A stretch of 64,000 bases of DNA from Candidatus Abzuiibacterium crystallinum. GTDB lineage: Bacteria > Omnitrophota > Omnitrophia > Omnitrophales > Abzuiibacteriaceae. The notes below the pieces were generated by a model. The model made no database searches. It saw only the letters and a list, made by a program, of their open reading frames with translations, and was not told the DNA's origin. The stretch covers positions 2,426 through 66,425 of the forward strand of contig PCVY01000068.1 of NCBI GenBank assembly GCA_002787155.1. Reading direction: 5' to 3'. A program made the translations under genes and the position numbers. Of this stretch, positions 37,810 through 49,169 are shown piece after piece. Position 1 is the stretch's first letter. Each line of letters begins with the position of its first letter.

Positions 37810-38734
37810 GAAACCAAAAATACTGGTAACAGGATCAAGTGGCATGCTTGGTTCTGCTGTTATCACTGCTTTGCAAAAAGAATTTGATCCATACGGGATG
37901 GTACGGAGCGATGATCGAAGGTCGCATTATTTTCAATGCGATATCACGCAGCGCTCGGAAACCATTAAGCACATCGAACGCGTGAATCCGCAAGCGGTTA
38001 TCCATTGCGCGGCTATGACGGATGTGGATGCGTGCGAACATGACCGGCAAAGAGCATTGCAGGTTAATTTTGAGGGAACAAAAAATGTGGTTGACGGCAG
38101 CCGGCACGTCAATGCTTTGATGATTTATATTAGCACCGATTTTGTTTTTAACGGAGAAAGTCGCGAAGCATACCGCGAATCTAGTATCCCGCATCCGATT
38201 AATGTTTATGGGGAATCTAAATTAATGGGCGAGTTTTATGTGCGGGACCAAAGTACCAAGCATCTCATTTTAAGGACGTCCTGGTTATTTGGTGAAAATG
38301 GAAATAATTTTATGGTAAAAGTACTGGAACGCGCAAAGAGAGGTGAGAAATTATTTATTGTGCATGATCAAGTCGGCACCCCCACATATGCCTCTGATTT
38401 AGCCGGCGCTATCAAGCACGTGCTTACTTATAACCAGGATGGTGATAAAAAGGAAGGGTTGAATGCGGTTTACCATGCGACCAACCGCGGTACAGCTTCC
38501 CGATATGATATTGCAAAAACATTGTTAAAAATGTGTGATTTGACACAAGTTGAAATTCAGCCAATTGATTCAACTGAATTAACTAACTTAGCTAAAAGAC
38601 CACAGAATTCCGCATTGAACAATTCCCGATTCGAGCAAACTTTCCGACTCGCGTTCAGATCGTGGCAGGAAGCTTTGCAAGAGTATGTGATTAGGCTCGG
38701 ATATAAGCATGCCAAAACATTCCATAACACCTGA
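37790..38734 (+). CDS. rmlD: dTDP-4-dehydrorhamnose reductase
   Basis: GSSGMLG, AAMTDVDACE, ISTDFVFNG, YGESK, DQVGTPT, AKRP. Confidence 0.9.
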   Translation: MFTRSNKKPKILVTGSSGMLGSAVITALQKEFDPYGMVRSDDRRSHYFQCDITQRSETIKHIERVNPQAVIHCAAMTDVDACEHDRQRALQVNFEGTKNVVDGSRHVNALMIYISTDFVFNGESREAYRESSIPHPINVYGESKLMGEFYVRDQSTKHLILRTSWLFGENGNNFMVKVLERAKRGEKLFIVHDQVGTPTYASDLAGAIKHVLTYNQDGDKKEGLNAVYHATNRGTASRYDIAKTLLKMCDLTQVEIQPIDSTELTNLAKRPQNSALNNSRFEQTFRLAFRSWQEALQEYVIRLGYKHAKTFHNT

Positions 38735-40031
38735 CGATTTAATTCGAAAAATCAAAAGTAGGAACATTAAAATTGCAGTTGTGGGGCTCGGTTATGTTGG
38801 GTTGCCCCTCGCAGTTGAGTTTGCCCGAAACGGAATTGCTGTTATCGGGATTGATATCAATCCGGCTAAAATCAAAGGGCTAAGGGCGGGAAAATCACAC
38901 GTTCAAGATGTCCCGGATAAAGACATTGCGGATATCGTCAAGAATAAGAAATTGATTGTTACGACAAAATTTGAATCGGTCAAATCAGTTCAAGCCATTA
39001 TTATTTGCGTACCCACTCCCCTCAACCGCGTCAAAGAACCCGATTTGTCGTTCATTTTGCATGCCACTGACGGCATCCGAAAATATTTAACGCGGGGTCA
39101 AATTATTATTCTAGAAAGCACTACTTACCCGGGCACAACCGAAGAAGTAATTTTACCCAAGCTAACAAGAAAAGGGTATCGCGTGGGTGAGGACTTTTTC
39201 TTATGTTTTTCACCGGAGCGAATAGATCCGGGCAATCAAAAGTTTCCCATGCCCGTCATTCCAAAAGTAGTCGGCGGCATCACGCCTCAATGTGTAAAAG
39301 TGGCGACGGCATTATATGGTCAGGTGTTTTATCGGGTTGTTCCAGTGTCATCCTCCAGAACGGCTGAAATGGCTAAGTTGCTTGAGAACACATTTCGAAT
39401 TGTTAATATTGGATTGATTAATGAATTGGCAATGATTGCTGAACGTTTAGGAGTGGATATTTGGGAAGCTATTGACGCAGCCAAGACCAAACCGTTTGGA
39501 TTTATGCCGTTTTATCCCGGGCCCGGCGTCGGCGGGCACTGTATTGGCATTGACCCGATCTATTTATCTTGGAAGGCAAAACGTCATGGGTTTGATGTAC
39601 GATTTATAGAGCTTGCCAGAGAAATTAATACGAATATGCCCGCCTATGTTGTGCGGCGAATTACCGAGGTGGTGAGTAAAAGGCTTAAAAAGGATACGAA
39701 AAAAACAAGTGTTTTAATTGTTGGCGTTACCTATAAGCGAAATGTGGCAGATACAAGAGAATCGCCGGCGATTGAGATCATTGAACAGCTTCTAGGAAAG
39801 AAATTTCAAGTAACGTACTTCGATAAATTTGTGCCGTCTCTTCGCTTTAAACACGTTAACTTAAAATCAAAACCTTTAACTGAGAATGAAATTAAGAAAC
39901 ATGACATAGCGGTGATAGTAACAGATCACTCAGATATTGATTATGGCATGGTTATTAAACACTCGAAGGTCGTCCTGGACACTCGAAATGTGCTTAGGTC
40001 GTTTCAATCGGCAAAAGTAGTACGGTTATAG
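38709..40031 (+). CDS. UDP-N-acetylhexosamine 6-dehydrogenase (WbpA/WbpO-like)
   Basis: GLGYVGLPLA, CVPTP, ESTTYPG, PERIDPG, GPGVGGHCI, RESP. Confidence 0.9.
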   Translation: MPKHSITPDDLIRKIKSRNIKIAVVGLGYVGLPLAVEFARNGIAVIGIDINPAKIKGLRAGKSHVQDVPDKDIADIVKNKKLIVTTKFESVKSVQAIIICVPTPLNRVKEPDLSFILHATDGIRKYLTRGQIIILESTTYPGTTEEVILPKLTRKGYRVGEDFFLCFSPERIDPGNQKFPMPVIPKVVGGITPQCVKVATALYGQVFYRVVPVSSSRTAEMAKLLENTFRIVNIGLINELAMIAERLGVDIWEAIDAAKTKPFGFMPFYPGPGVGGHCIGIDPIYLSWKAKRHGFDVRFIELAREINTNMPAYVVRRITEVVSKRLKKDTKKTSVLIVGVTYKRNVADTRESPAIEIIEQLLGKKFQVTYFDKFVPSLRFKHVNLKSKPLTENEIKKHDIAVIVTDHSDIDYGMVIKHSKVVLDTRNVLRSFQSAKVVRL

Positions 40032-40056
40032 CAGACGAAAAAGGGAAGGAAAGCAT

Positions 40057-41007
40057 ATGAAGCGTTGTTTGGTAACTGGCGGAGCAGGATTTATTGGCTC
40101 ACATATTGTTGATGCACTAGTAAAGCGTAAAATGCGCGTTGTTGTTTTGGATAATTTTTCTACAGGCAGTATGTTAAATTTAGAAGCGGTTCGGTCTAAA
40201 ATAAAAATTGTTCGCGGAGATATCAGAAATTTAAGGGTAGTAAAAAACGCAACAAAGGATGTTGACTATGTTTTTCATTTGGCTGCCAATCGTGCCGTTT
40301 TAAGATCGGTCGATAACCCTTTGGAAACCAATGAAAACAATGTGACGGGAACCTTGAATGTTTTAGTGGCTGCCCGTGATTATGGCGTTAAACGAGTAGT
40401 TTACACATCCTCTTCTTCGGTTTACGGGGATAACAAAAAGTTTCCATTGAATGAAGCTTTTAAACCAATGCCTGAGTCGCCTTATGCAGCACAAAAACTC
40501 ATGGGGGAATATTACGCAAAGCTTTTCTATTGCTTGTATGGTCTTGAGACCGTTTCCCTCAGGTATTTTAATGTATTTGGACCGCGCCAGAATCCCGAGT
40601 CGAAATATTCAGCTGTCATTCCAATTTTTATTGATTGTGTTCTAAAAAATAAATCTCCCGAAATTCACTGGGACGGCAAGCAGTCAAGGGATTTTTCATA
40701 TGTCGACAATGTGGTTGAGGGTAACTTAAAATCAATGACGGCATCCTCAAAAGTAGCGGGCGAGGTATTTAACATTGCTTGTCATGATGAATATAGTGTT
40801 TTAGATATCTTTAATGAAATCAAATTTTTATTGAAAAAGCCGCACATGCGAGCAAAATTTACACCCAAACGCAAAGGAGATGTCCGCCGGACTTATGCGG
40901 ATATTCAAAAAGCCAAACGCTTATTAAATTTTAAAGTGAAAACCCGTTTTAAGCCCGGCATGCGAAAAACGGTTGCGTGGTTTTTGTCAACACGTGGATT
41001 GAAATGA
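40057..41007 (+). CDS. UDP-HexNAc 4-epimerase (WbpP/TviC-like SDR)
   Basis: [33 protein letters not shown]...Y.AVIP. Confidence 0.85.
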   Translation: MKRCLVTGGAGFIGSHIVDALVKRKMRVVVLDNFSTGSMLNLEAVRSKIKIVRGDIRNLRVVKNATKDVDYVFHLAANRAVLRSVDNPLETNENNVTGTLNVLVAARDYGVKRVVYTSSSSVYGDNKKFPLNEAFKPMPESPYAAQKLMGEYYAKLFYCLYGLETVSLRYFNVFGPRQNPESKYSAVIPIFIDCVLKNKSPEIHWDGKQSRDFSYVDNVVEGNLKSMTASSKVAGEVFNIACHDEYSVLDIFNEIKFLLKKPHMRAKFTPKRKGDVRRTYADIQKAKRLLNFKVKTRFKPGMRKTVAWFLSTRGLK

Positions 41008-41951
41008 AAAAGGAAAAGGTTGTTATTACGGGTGGAGCCGGTTTTATTGGGTCACATTTAACCGAGCATTTTTTATCCGAAGGCCATCAAGTGGTGTGTG
41101 TTGACAATCTTCTAACCGGCGATACAAGAAATATAGAAAATTTCAAAAGTCATCCGCAATTTGAATTTGTTCAGCATAACGTATGTGATCATATCGATAT
41201 TCCCGGTTCGGTTGATTCCGTTTTACATTTTGCGTCACCGGCGAGTCCGGTTGATTACTTAAAGTTTCCGATTCAGACATTAAAAGTGGGTGCTTTGGGG
41301 ACTCACAATGCTTTGGGATTTGCTAAGGCAAAAAAAGCGACTTTTTTGCTTGCATCAACCTCAGAAGTTTATGGAGATCCGTTAATACATCCTCAAAAAG
41401 AGGATTATTGGGGCAATGTGAATCCGATTGGGCCTCGGGGTGTCTATGATGAAGCAAAGCGATTCGCAGAGGCGATTACGCTGGCTTATCAAAGAACACA
41501 CAAGATGGATGTGAAAATCGTGAGAATCTTCAATACCTATGGACCGCGGATGCGCCTTGAAGATGGCCGTGCCATTCCGAATTTTATTAGCCAGGCACTC
41601 AAAAGAGAGCCTCTGACAACTTATGGGGATGGTTCGCAAACCAGGAGTTTTTGCTATATTAGTGATTTAGTTCGAGGAATTGTCAGTTTGCTCAATTCGG
41701 TTCATCATGGCCCTGTGAACATAGGCAATCCTAATGAGATGACTATTTTGGAGCTCGCCAAGACCATTATCAAACTCACGGGAAGCCATAGTTCGGTTGA
41801 ATTTAAACCGCTTCCTCAAGATGACCCAAAAGTTAGGCAGCCAGACATTACCAGAGCAAGAAAATTATTAAATTGGGAACCAAGTGTGCCGCTTGAAAAG
41901 GGATTAAAAGACACGATTGACTACTTTAAAACTGTTACCGCTTCAAAATGA
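41004..41951 (+). CDS. UDP-glucuronate decarboxylase (UDP-xylose synthase)
   Basis: [51 protein letters not shown]; ATGA overlap start at 41004. Confidence 0.92.
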   Translation: MKKEKVVITGGAGFIGSHLTEHFLSEGHQVVCVDNLLTGDTRNIENFKSHPQFEFVQHNVCDHIDIPGSVDSVLHFASPASPVDYLKFPIQTLKVGALGTHNALGFAKAKKATFLLASTSEVYGDPLIHPQKEDYWGNVNPIGPRGVYDEAKRFAEAITLAYQRTHKMDVKIVRIFNTYGPRMRLEDGRAIPNFISQALKREPLTTYGDGSQTRSFCYISDLVRGIVSLLNSVHHGPVNIGNPNEMTILELAKTIIKLTGSHSSVEFKPLPQDDPKVRQPDITRARKLLNWEPSVPLEKGLKDTIDYFKTVTASK

Positions 41952-42883
41952 AGATTCTGATCACAGGTGCCTCCGGTTTCGTTGGACAGCATCTGGCACA
42001 GTATATCGGCCAGAAAAAAAGAGTTTGCATCGGAAGTTACCGTACGCACCGGCCTCCCAAACACCTATTTAAAAAGACGTACCATTGTGATTTTTCATCC
42101 TTTGGCGAAGTGCTGCGGCTGATTAAGCGTGTTCGGCCAACGCACATCTTCCATTTGGTGGGACAAAGTTCACCCTCATTATCCTGGAAGAAACCATTTG
42201 ATACATTTGTAGATAACGCACTTTCCACTTTGCATTTGGCCGAAGCGTGTCGTCAAGCACATTTGAAACCACTTATCATATTAAGTTCGTCCGCACATGT
42301 TTATGGCAGTATTTGTTACCGACGGCGGATACCGACAGAAAGCGATTTTCCGACTCCCATGGATCCATATGGAGCAGCCAAAATCTATGCGGAGGAATTT
42401 TTGCGGCAATATAGGCAACAGTTTCACATTCCTTTCATTGTTATTCGAGCCACGGCCCATGTTGGGGTGGGACAGCCATCCGTTTTTGCGATTTCAAATT
42501 TTGCTTTGCAGATTGCTAAAATTGAAAAAGGATATCAGGCGCCGGTGATTCGTGTTGGAAATTTGAAAACGGAGCGAGGTTTTATTCCCGTAGATGACAT
42601 GATTCGGGCTTATTGGTTGGTACTTCGGAAGGGCAAGGCGGGCCAATTGTATAACATTTCAGCTCAACAAGTTGAACCTATGGCGCACTGGTTGGATCTT
42701 TTATTGAAAATGAGTACAAAGAAAATCAAAGTCATTCAGGAAAAAACACGTCTCAATTTAATTGAAATACCAAAACTTCGGGTTTCAAGTCAAAAATTTA
42801 GACGACTCACCGGATGGCGCGAAACTCATTCGTTAAAGCAGGTTTTCCAAGACGTCCTCAATTGGCATCGCAGTCATGTTTGA
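41948..42883 (+). CDS. GDP-6-deoxy-4-keto-hexose reductase (Rmd-like SDR)
   Basis: GASGFVG, SSAHVYG, YGAAK, FALQIA.IE, VGNL...R.F. Confidence 0.72.
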   Translation: MKILITGASGFVGQHLAQYIGQKKRVCIGSYRTHRPPKHLFKKTYHCDFSSFGEVLRLIKRVRPTHIFHLVGQSSPSLSWKKPFDTFVDNALSTLHLAEACRQAHLKPLIILSSSAHVYGSICYRRRIPTESDFPTPMDPYGAAKIYAEEFLRQYRQQFHIPFIVIRATAHVGVGQPSVFAISNFALQIAKIEKGYQAPVIRVGNLKTERGFIPVDDMIRAYWLVLRKGKAGQLYNISAQQVEPMAHWLDLLLKMSTKKIKVIQEKTRLNLIEIPKLRVSSQKFRRLTGWRETHSLKQVFQDVLNWHRSHV

Positions 42884-43943
42884 AATTGATTTCATTATTG
42901 TGACACGTAATCAATTAGAATACACCAAACGGTGTTTGGATAGCATTTTAAAAAATATTTTCCAAAACAGCAAGCTCATCATTGTTGATAATAATAGCGA
43001 CATCATGACGCTTGATTATTTAAGAAAACTGTCTCGCCAGCTGCATGCCGCAAAGAAAATTGAAATCATAGAAAATGATCGAAATCTGGGCTATGCTCAC
43101 GCGCTCAATCAAGGCCTTGCGTCTTCACATTCAGCATACGTTTTTCTATGTAACAATGACATCGAGTTTTATCCGAATGCAGTGACCGAAATGATATCTG
43201 TTGCATCTGCGCAGGAGATGATCGGGTTGGTGAATCCAAATTCAAATGAATTTGGCCTAAAAAAATATGATGGGGAGCAATTGAAGCGATGGCAGGGAAC
43301 ATGGATTGAGCGGTGCCACACGTCAGGATTTTGTGTTTTGGTAAAGCGAAAAGTACTCGATCAGATTAAGGGAATTGATTTAGATTTCAGTCCGGCTTAT
43401 TACGAGGATATGGATTTTGCGGAACGTGCTAAACAACATGGATTTTTATGCGTCGTTGCTCGCGGTGCCTACGTCCATCATTTCGGGACCAAAACCTTTT
43501 TACCCAAAGAAAAACAAGCTGCTTGGGATAAAAATAAAGCACTATTTATCAAGAAATGGGGCGGAACGAAATGGTTTGCCTTTCTTGGATCGGACGCTTT
43601 GGTTAATGATGAGGTATTGCGCAAATCGGTGATTCAACACTTGCTTCAGGTAGCACGAAGTCATATTGCGATTATCCATATTTTTATACCCCCAGCGGCT
43701 CTCGAATCATTCCAAAACATTCATGATAGTTTTCGTGTCCAAGTTGTGCCTGCGTGGGCTGCCGAATGGTTCTTGCTTTTTAAAACATGGCGGGGTCGTA
43801 AAAAAAAGCCTATCAGTCATATTTTAACTGATACGCCGCAAATGCAGCTGAAGTTGCGGCGCATGAAAAAGTTGGTTCAAACACCAGTCGAAATTTTGGA
43901 GGAATTTGTCAGCGCGTCATCGTATAAGGCTAAAAGTGTTTGA
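42876..43943 (+). CDS. GT2 glycosyltransferase (rhamnosyltransferase-like)
   Basis: VDNNS, NLGYAHALNQG, NNDI, GFCVL, YYEDMD. Confidence 0.85.
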   Translation: MFEIDFIIVTRNQLEYTKRCLDSILKNIFQNSKLIIVDNNSDIMTLDYLRKLSRQLHAAKKIEIIENDRNLGYAHALNQGLASSHSAYVFLCNNDIEFYPNAVTEMISVASAQEMIGLVNPNSNEFGLKKYDGEQLKRWQGTWIERCHTSGFCVLVKRKVLDQIKGIDLDFSPAYYEDMDFAERAKQHGFLCVVARGAYVHHFGTKTFLPKEKQAAWDKNKALFIKKWGGTKWFAFLGSDALVNDEVLRKSVIQHLLQVARSHIAIIHIFIPPAALESFQNIHDSFRVQVVPAWAAEWFLLFKTWRGRKKKPISHILTDTPQMQLKLRRMKKLVQTPVEILEEFVSASSYKAKSV

Positions 43944-45091
43944 TAATGACGTTTAGCTGTAAAGTGATCTTGGAAAAAACGATATCCATTCTCACCTAAA
44001 ATACATGCTTGCTCATGATTGGCGAGCAAGTAATCGAGGTTTGTTGTTAAAATGCCTACATTTTGTGTCGGTACAAGATAACCTGTTAGACCATCTTTTA
44101 GCCAGCCTGAAATGCCGCCGACGTCAAAGCCAATCACAGGTTTTTTGCGTGACATGGCCTCAAGTCCTGCCGTTGGAAATGAATCGGGATAAATCGAAGG
44201 AACGACGACAACCCGGCACCGATCAAGATAGGGAAGCACTTCATCGTGCGGCAAATTACCCAAGAACCGGCAACAGTGCCTAATGCCCAATTTTTCGGCT
44301 TGAGCCATCAGTTTTGATTTCTCTTCGCCGTCACCAAGAACAATCAAACGATAAGGCTGTTTCAACGCAGCCGTTGCTTGAAGCAGGAAATGAACACCTT
44401 TGTAGCGTCGTAGTCGTCCTAGAAAAAGAATTTCAGGCGGCGATGGTTCTTTTACCTTTAAAATTGGCTGGTGTGCAAAACCGGCAAACAAGGGGATGGC
44501 GGCAATCTGAGAGCTCTTAACCCCGTTTTGAATCATAATTTGTTTAGACGATTCGCTTGGCACGATTACTTTTGCAATATGATTCATTAGTTCTAACGAT
44601 TTTTTCTTCAACTTAATGATTTCTATATTACGCCGGGGATGTCTGCTCATGCATTTTTCTGCATAGGCAACTAAAATGCAGCCAAGACCCATTTTAAAAC
44701 AACATTCTTTTTCAGAGCGGTTTAAATATTTGTCAATCCCGCCGCAATACGCATCCGCATTTAATGTCGTTTTAATGGTTGGTTTGCTTTGACGTGCCGC
44801 TTCAATGATGAACGGATTGTTTAGATCGTGAATGTGAATCAAATCGGGTTTTATTTCATCCACTCGAGCTGCCAACGGATTAACGGCTAATCGCGCTTCG
44901 CGATAATCTAAATTTGCCAGATAATTGATGGTATGGACTGTGGTGTCATTGGGAATGCTTTCAGCTGGTTTGACTGCTGTAATGACGCTTTGCCGGTGCC
45001 CATAAGAGAGAAATGTGCTGATCAAGTTCTTTAGATAGATTTCGCAGCCGCCCAAGGGATCAATGGAGCGTGTGAGGTGAAGAATGTGCAT
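43877..45091 (-). CDS. GT4 glycosyltransferase (inverted within the cluster)
   Basis: GGCEIY, FLGRL..YKG, PSIYPDSFPTAGLEAM; likely start ATG 45091. Confidence 0.88.
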   Translation of the reverse strand: MHILHLTRSIDPLGGCEIYLKNLISTFLSYGHRQSVITAVKPAESIPNDTTVHTINYLANLDYREARLAVNPLAARVDEIKPDLIHIHDLNNPFIIEAARQSKPTIKTTLNADAYCGGIDKYLNRSEKECCFKMGLGCILVAYAEKCMSRHPRRNIEIIKLKKKSLELMNHIAKVIVPSESSKQIMIQNGVKSSQIAAIPLFAGFAHQPILKVKEPSPPEILFLGRLRRYKGVHFLLQATAALKQPYRLIVLGDGEEKSKLMAQAEKLGIRHCCRFLGNLPHDEVLPYLDRCRVVVVPSIYPDSFPTAGLEAMSRKKPVIGFDVGGISGWLKDGLTGYLVPTQNVGILTTNLDYLLANHEQACILGENGYRFFQDHFTAKRHYQTLLALYDDALTNSSKISTGV

Positions 45092-45111
45092 GCAGCAGCT
45101 TATTTGACAAA

Positions 45112-45139
45112 TTGACAAATCATAAAATTACTTTAGAAT
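45112..45139 (+). promoter_or_regulatory. Putative sigma70 promoter restarting the plus-strand GT operon
   Basis: TTGACA-16 nt-TAGAAT. Confidence 0.55.
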
Positions 45140-45184
45140 AGTCACAAATTTTAAATCCTAACTCTTTCAACGTCAATAACTTAC

Positions 45185-46309
45185 ATGAAAATCGCATTAC
45201 CACATTGCGGCTTTTCGCCCGAATCAAATTCCGGGGGCGAAACCTATGAGCGTGAAGTGCTTAAACACCTTGCAAAATTAGGTGTTGAATTTGAAATCAT
45301 TTTAGCAGAAGGGAAGCCTTATCCACAAGGTTTTCCGCAATTTCATATCCACAGAGTCCCGATTCGAAAGGGGTTAAGATGGTATGTTTCAAACTTTATT
45401 TGGCCTCATTACCTGAAGAAAATAGAATCACAAATACCGTTCGATCTCTTACGCATTCATTCGCTTCGATATACAGGTCCTGGGGTCCTTTGGTTTAACA
45501 AACATGCGAAACGAAGATATCCGGTGGTTTGTCACCATCATCACATTGACCCTGATCCGCTGAATTACTTAATTGAGAAAAGAGTCATCAATGCCTCAGA
45601 CTTACTGATTACTGGAAGTGAATTCTCAAAAAAACAATTGATCGCTGATTTCAGCATTAAATCAGAAAAAATCAAGGTTGTCCCTTATGGTGTGGATGAG
45701 AGTTTTAAGCCAATGAACCGAGACAGGGCGCTTTTAAAACAATTCAATTTAAGTCATGAAAAAGTTTTATTGTTCTTAGGCGGATTTAAAAAAAGGAAGA
45801 AAATTTTCTTTCTAATCGATGTTTTTGACGAGGTTCTTAAGCACGTCAAATATCCGGTTAAGCTGGTCATGGCAGGATCGGGCCCGCTCAAAAATTCATT
45901 AACAAATTATATTCAACAAAAAGGGTTAAGCGAAAGAGTTATTTTGACTGGTTATATTCCCGAACAAGAGAAGACTGTATTTCATAATTTAGCGGATATT
46001 TTTGTTTTCCCTTCAGAAATGGAAGGGTTTGGATTTAGTCCGGCTGAGGCCTCAGCGTGCGCAAAACCAGTTATTCTTTCCAACGTAGGCTCATTACCCG
46101 AAATTGTGGAAGACGGCAAAACAGGATTTGTGCTTGAGAATGATGTTCGAGCTTTTTCGGAGAAAATTCTATGGCTCCTTTCGCACCCAGAAGAGTCCAA
46201 GCGAATGGGAGAAGCAGGCTTGAAACGTGCCAAATTTTTGTTTCAATGGGAAATTACCGCTAAGAAGACGTTATCGGTTTATGAAGAGGTCGTGAAGAAT
46301 GTCAGTTAA
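45185..46309 (+). CDS. GT4 glycosyltransferase
   Basis: SGGETY, PYGVD, FPSEMEGFGFSPAEA. Confidence 0.9.
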   Translation: MKIALPHCGFSPESNSGGETYEREVLKHLAKLGVEFEIILAEGKPYPQGFPQFHIHRVPIRKGLRWYVSNFIWPHYLKKIESQIPFDLLRIHSLRYTGPGVLWFNKHAKRRYPVVCHHHHIDPDPLNYLIEKRVINASDLLITGSEFSKKQLIADFSIKSEKIKVVPYGVDESFKPMNRDRALLKQFNLSHEKVLLFLGGFKKRKKIFFLIDVFDEVLKHVKYPVKLVMAGSGPLKNSLTNYIQQKGLSERVILTGYIPEQEKTVFHNLADIFVFPSEMEGFGFSPAEASACAKPVILSNVGSLPEIVEDGKTGFVLENDVRAFSEKILWLLSHPEESKRMGEAGLKRAKFLFQWEITAKKTLSVYEEVVKNVS

Positions 46310-47102
46310 ACAAATAGCATTTCGCATGGATGATGTGGGCGCTGCCTCGAAACAACATGAAGTTTATGGAAAAACACGTGTGCAATTGGGAAATTGGCGG
46401 ATCCCGTTTCCTGGTAACTTCCTGTGGGTTAAATACCTAAAGCCTTTTCGTCAATGGGGACCTTATGCCGAATTGTCTGTTGATCAATGGGGCAAACTTC
46501 TGGCGCTTTGTGAGAGGATCCAATTAAAATTAACAATTGGCATTACAGCAGGGTGGGTCGAAAAAAACGGCTCAGTGACAGCATTCCCAACCCGTTATCC
46601 TGAGCAAGCTAAAATGATTAAAACAGGTCTCAAAATGGGTTGTTTTGAAGTTGCCAATCATGGTTACACACACTGTGTTTTGAATAACTGTGACTTTCGC
46701 CCAAAGTATTTTTCAAGCAACCGTCAATGGCACCGCGAATTCTGGGAGTGGGTCCCTTTGGAGGTTCAACGCAGTCACATCGAAATGGCTCAAACCATTC
46801 TTCAAGATTATTTCGAAGATGAAGTGGTCACTTTTATCCCTCCCGGCAATGTCTTTACAAACGAGACTCTCAAAGCGGCTAGTGAGTACGGGCTGAAGTA
46901 TGTTTCTTGTCAGAGATTAAAATCTGACACTGATACGACTTTAATCCCGATCCCAGATCAAAACGTTTTTGCTTTTCATGATAAAGAAGTACAAGAACTT
47001 GGCATTCAGTGGCTGGAAGATCAATGTCAACAGCGGCAGCCCTGTGAGTTTGTGTTTATTAAACAAATAGGAAAAGACATCTCGTCTACAGCGCTATCAT
47101 GA
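46299..47102 (+). CDS. Polysaccharide deacetylase (CE4/NodB-like, DUF2334 type)
   Basis: FRMDDVG, ANHGYTH, FIPPGN. Confidence 0.78.
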   Translation: MSVKQIAFRMDDVGAASKQHEVYGKTRVQLGNWRIPFPGNFLWVKYLKPFRQWGPYAELSVDQWGKLLALCERIQLKLTIGITAGWVEKNGSVTAFPTRYPEQAKMIKTGLKMGCFEVANHGYTHCVLNNCDFRPKYFSSNRQWHREFWEWVPLEVQRSHIEMAQTILQDYFEDEVVTFIPPGNVFTNETLKAASEYGLKYVSCQRLKSDTDTTLIPIPDQNVFAFHDKEVQELGIQWLEDQCQQRQPCEFVFIKQIGKDISSTALS

Positions 47103-47872
47103 AATATATTTTAATATTCGTTTCCTGGTTTAACCGTAAAGCAAAGAACCTTGCTATCCGCTTGGTAAAATGGACGGGCAAACACCGCGAATATATTCAC
47201 CCCAAACATCTTTTAATTGACGAATCGCACTACTGGTATATGCCGCAACTATCGTCTGATGATTTAGTGGCGGACTTGGGGTGTGGGAGCGGATCGCACA
47301 CGATTCAAGCAGCATCGAGGGCTAGCAAGGTCATTGGTTTTGATGGTAACGCAAATAATCTGTCGATTGCTAAGCGATTGGTAAGTGAAAAGAATTTAAC
47401 TCGTGTTGAATTCCAATTTTGCAACTTGGAAGAACCGCTGCCTTGTGTGGATAGTTTATTTTCAGCTGTGTTAGCTCTAGATATTTTAGAGCATTTACAT
47501 CGTCGCGATGAGTTTTTAGACGAAATATTTCGCATTTTGATTCCGGGCGGCAAGTTAATTTTGTCTGTACCGAACAGTGAAACATCTTGGAAGAAGGAGT
47601 TAAGGAAATATGATTTATTTTATTACTCGGATCTTGATCATAAACACGAATATCAGCAGGACGAGATCAAAGAGGTGCTCGAACGGCACGGCTTTCGAGT
47701 GTTTATGTGCGATCCAACGGTTTATGACACGCCATGGGTTGGTTTGATCGACGTGGTGGGCGGCATTTCGCTTCGCCTGTATGAAAAATTTGCGCAATGG
47801 AAACGGAATCAAGCGCTCAAACAACCGGAGGAAGCAACGGGTTTTCGTATCGTTGCGGTTAAAACAACATGA
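47099..47872 (+). CDS. Class I SAM-dependent methyltransferase
   Basis: ADLGCGSG, DILEHL, LIPGG..ILSVPN. Confidence 0.88.
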   Translation: MKYILIFVSWFNRKAKNLAIRLVKWTGKHREYIHPKHLLIDESHYWYMPQLSSDDLVADLGCGSGSHTIQAASRASKVIGFDGNANNLSIAKRLVSEKNLTRVEFQFCNLEEPLPCVDSLFSAVLALDILEHLHRRDEFLDEIFRILIPGGKLILSVPNSETSWKKELRKYDLFYYSDLDHKHEYQQDEIKEVLERHGFRVFMCDPTVYDTPWVGLIDVVGGISLRLYEKFAQWKRNQALKQPEEATGFRIVAVKTT

Positions 47873-49158
47873 GAATCGGCCTTGTTAATGAATTTTATCC
47901 TCCTTTTGCGCCGGGCGGCGCCGAATGGAGTATGTACGAACTGGCCAAAGGGCTGAGGACAAAAGGTCATGACGTGGTAATCATAACACCGAACTACGGC
48001 ACAAAGTCGTTTGAAGAGAATGAATCTGGCCGTATCTATCGTTATGCGTTTGTCAAACGAATGAAAGAAGGAAGGAGATTGCCTGGCTTTATTTGGTTGG
48101 CGAATCCGATTCATTATGTCATGTCAGCTATATTCATGATTAAAATTATCCGGAAAGAACAACTGGAACTTATTCATGTTCAAAATAAATATACACTCGT
48201 GGGCGCGTGGATAGCAGCACGTTTAACTGGAATACCGATTTTGGCTAGCATTCGCGATACAAGTCACATTTGCCGCATTGCTGTTTGCTTACATCATTTT
48301 GAATCCGTGCCCCAGGATTGCGGTATCGGAAAACTGCTCGAAGAGTGCTCAGAAGAATATTACGAACAATATTACCCGGTCAAGTCTTTACGTGCACATT
48401 TGCGGGATAAGGTATTTCAAGTTTATCACTGGATGGATGTGCATTTGCGTCGTATTGCGTTAAACCGCGTAGATACAGTTATCGGTGTTAGTCAGGGCAT
48501 TCTAAATGTGCATGAAAAATCTCGCGTTTTTACCAACAGCAGACAAGCCAAATATGCAATTTATAACTTTGTGGATGTGAATGATAACGCTGACTCTCTG
48601 GATAAAACGAAGTTGGCAGATCAATATCAATTACGGGGAATGAGAATAGTGTTATATGTTGGTGGTTTCTCAAAAGGAAAGGGAACGCAAGATTTTATTG
48701 ATGTGGCGCGACGGTTCGAGAATCGAACCGACAATACCCTGTTTGTCATGATTGGATCGGGCAAATCATTTCAATTGCCGAGTAATGTTAAGCTCATCCG
48801 CGATTTAGATCATTATCAAACACTTCAAATGTATCAACTTGCACATGTGGTGGTGGTGCCGAGCGTTTGCCAGGAGTCGCTCAGCCGCGTTGTTTTAGAG
48901 GCGATGAGTGCAGGTAAGCCAATTGTAGGAACACGTGTTGGGGGGACGCCCGAAGCGGTGTTAGATGGTGAGAATGGTTTTGTGGTGGAGCGCGGCGATG
49001 TTGAGGCGTTAAGTGAAGCGATTACCAAATTAGTTGTGAATGATGCTTTGCGGGAAAAAATGGGTGAGCGCTCAAAAGAACTTGTGCGAGAAAGATTTAA
49101 TCAAGAACTTCAGATCGAAAAGATAGAAGCGTTATATCAAACATGTTTGGGTGAGTGA
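47869..49158 (+). CDS. GT4 glycosyltransferase
   Basis: YPPFAPGGAE, KG, PSVCQESLSRVVLEAM. Confidence 0.9.
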   Translation: MRIGLVNEFYPPFAPGGAEWSMYELAKGLRTKGHDVVIITPNYGTKSFEENESGRIYRYAFVKRMKEGRRLPGFIWLANPIHYVMSAIFMIKIIRKEQLELIHVQNKYTLVGAWIAARLTGIPILASIRDTSHICRIAVCLHHFESVPQDCGIGKLLEECSEEYYEQYYPVKSLRAHLRDKVFQVYHWMDVHLRRIALNRVDTVIGVSQGILNVHEKSRVFTNSRQAKYAIYNFVDVNDNADSLDKTKLADQYQLRGMRIVLYVGGFSKGKGTQDFIDVARRFENRTDNTLFVMIGSGKSFQLPSNVKLIRDLDHYQTLQMYQLAHVVVVPSVCQESLSRVVLEAMSAGKPIVGTRVGGTPEAVLDGENGFVVERGDVEALSEAITKLVVNDALREKMGERSKELVRERFNQELQIEKIEALYQTCLGE

Positions 49159-49169
49159 AGGGAGTCTCT

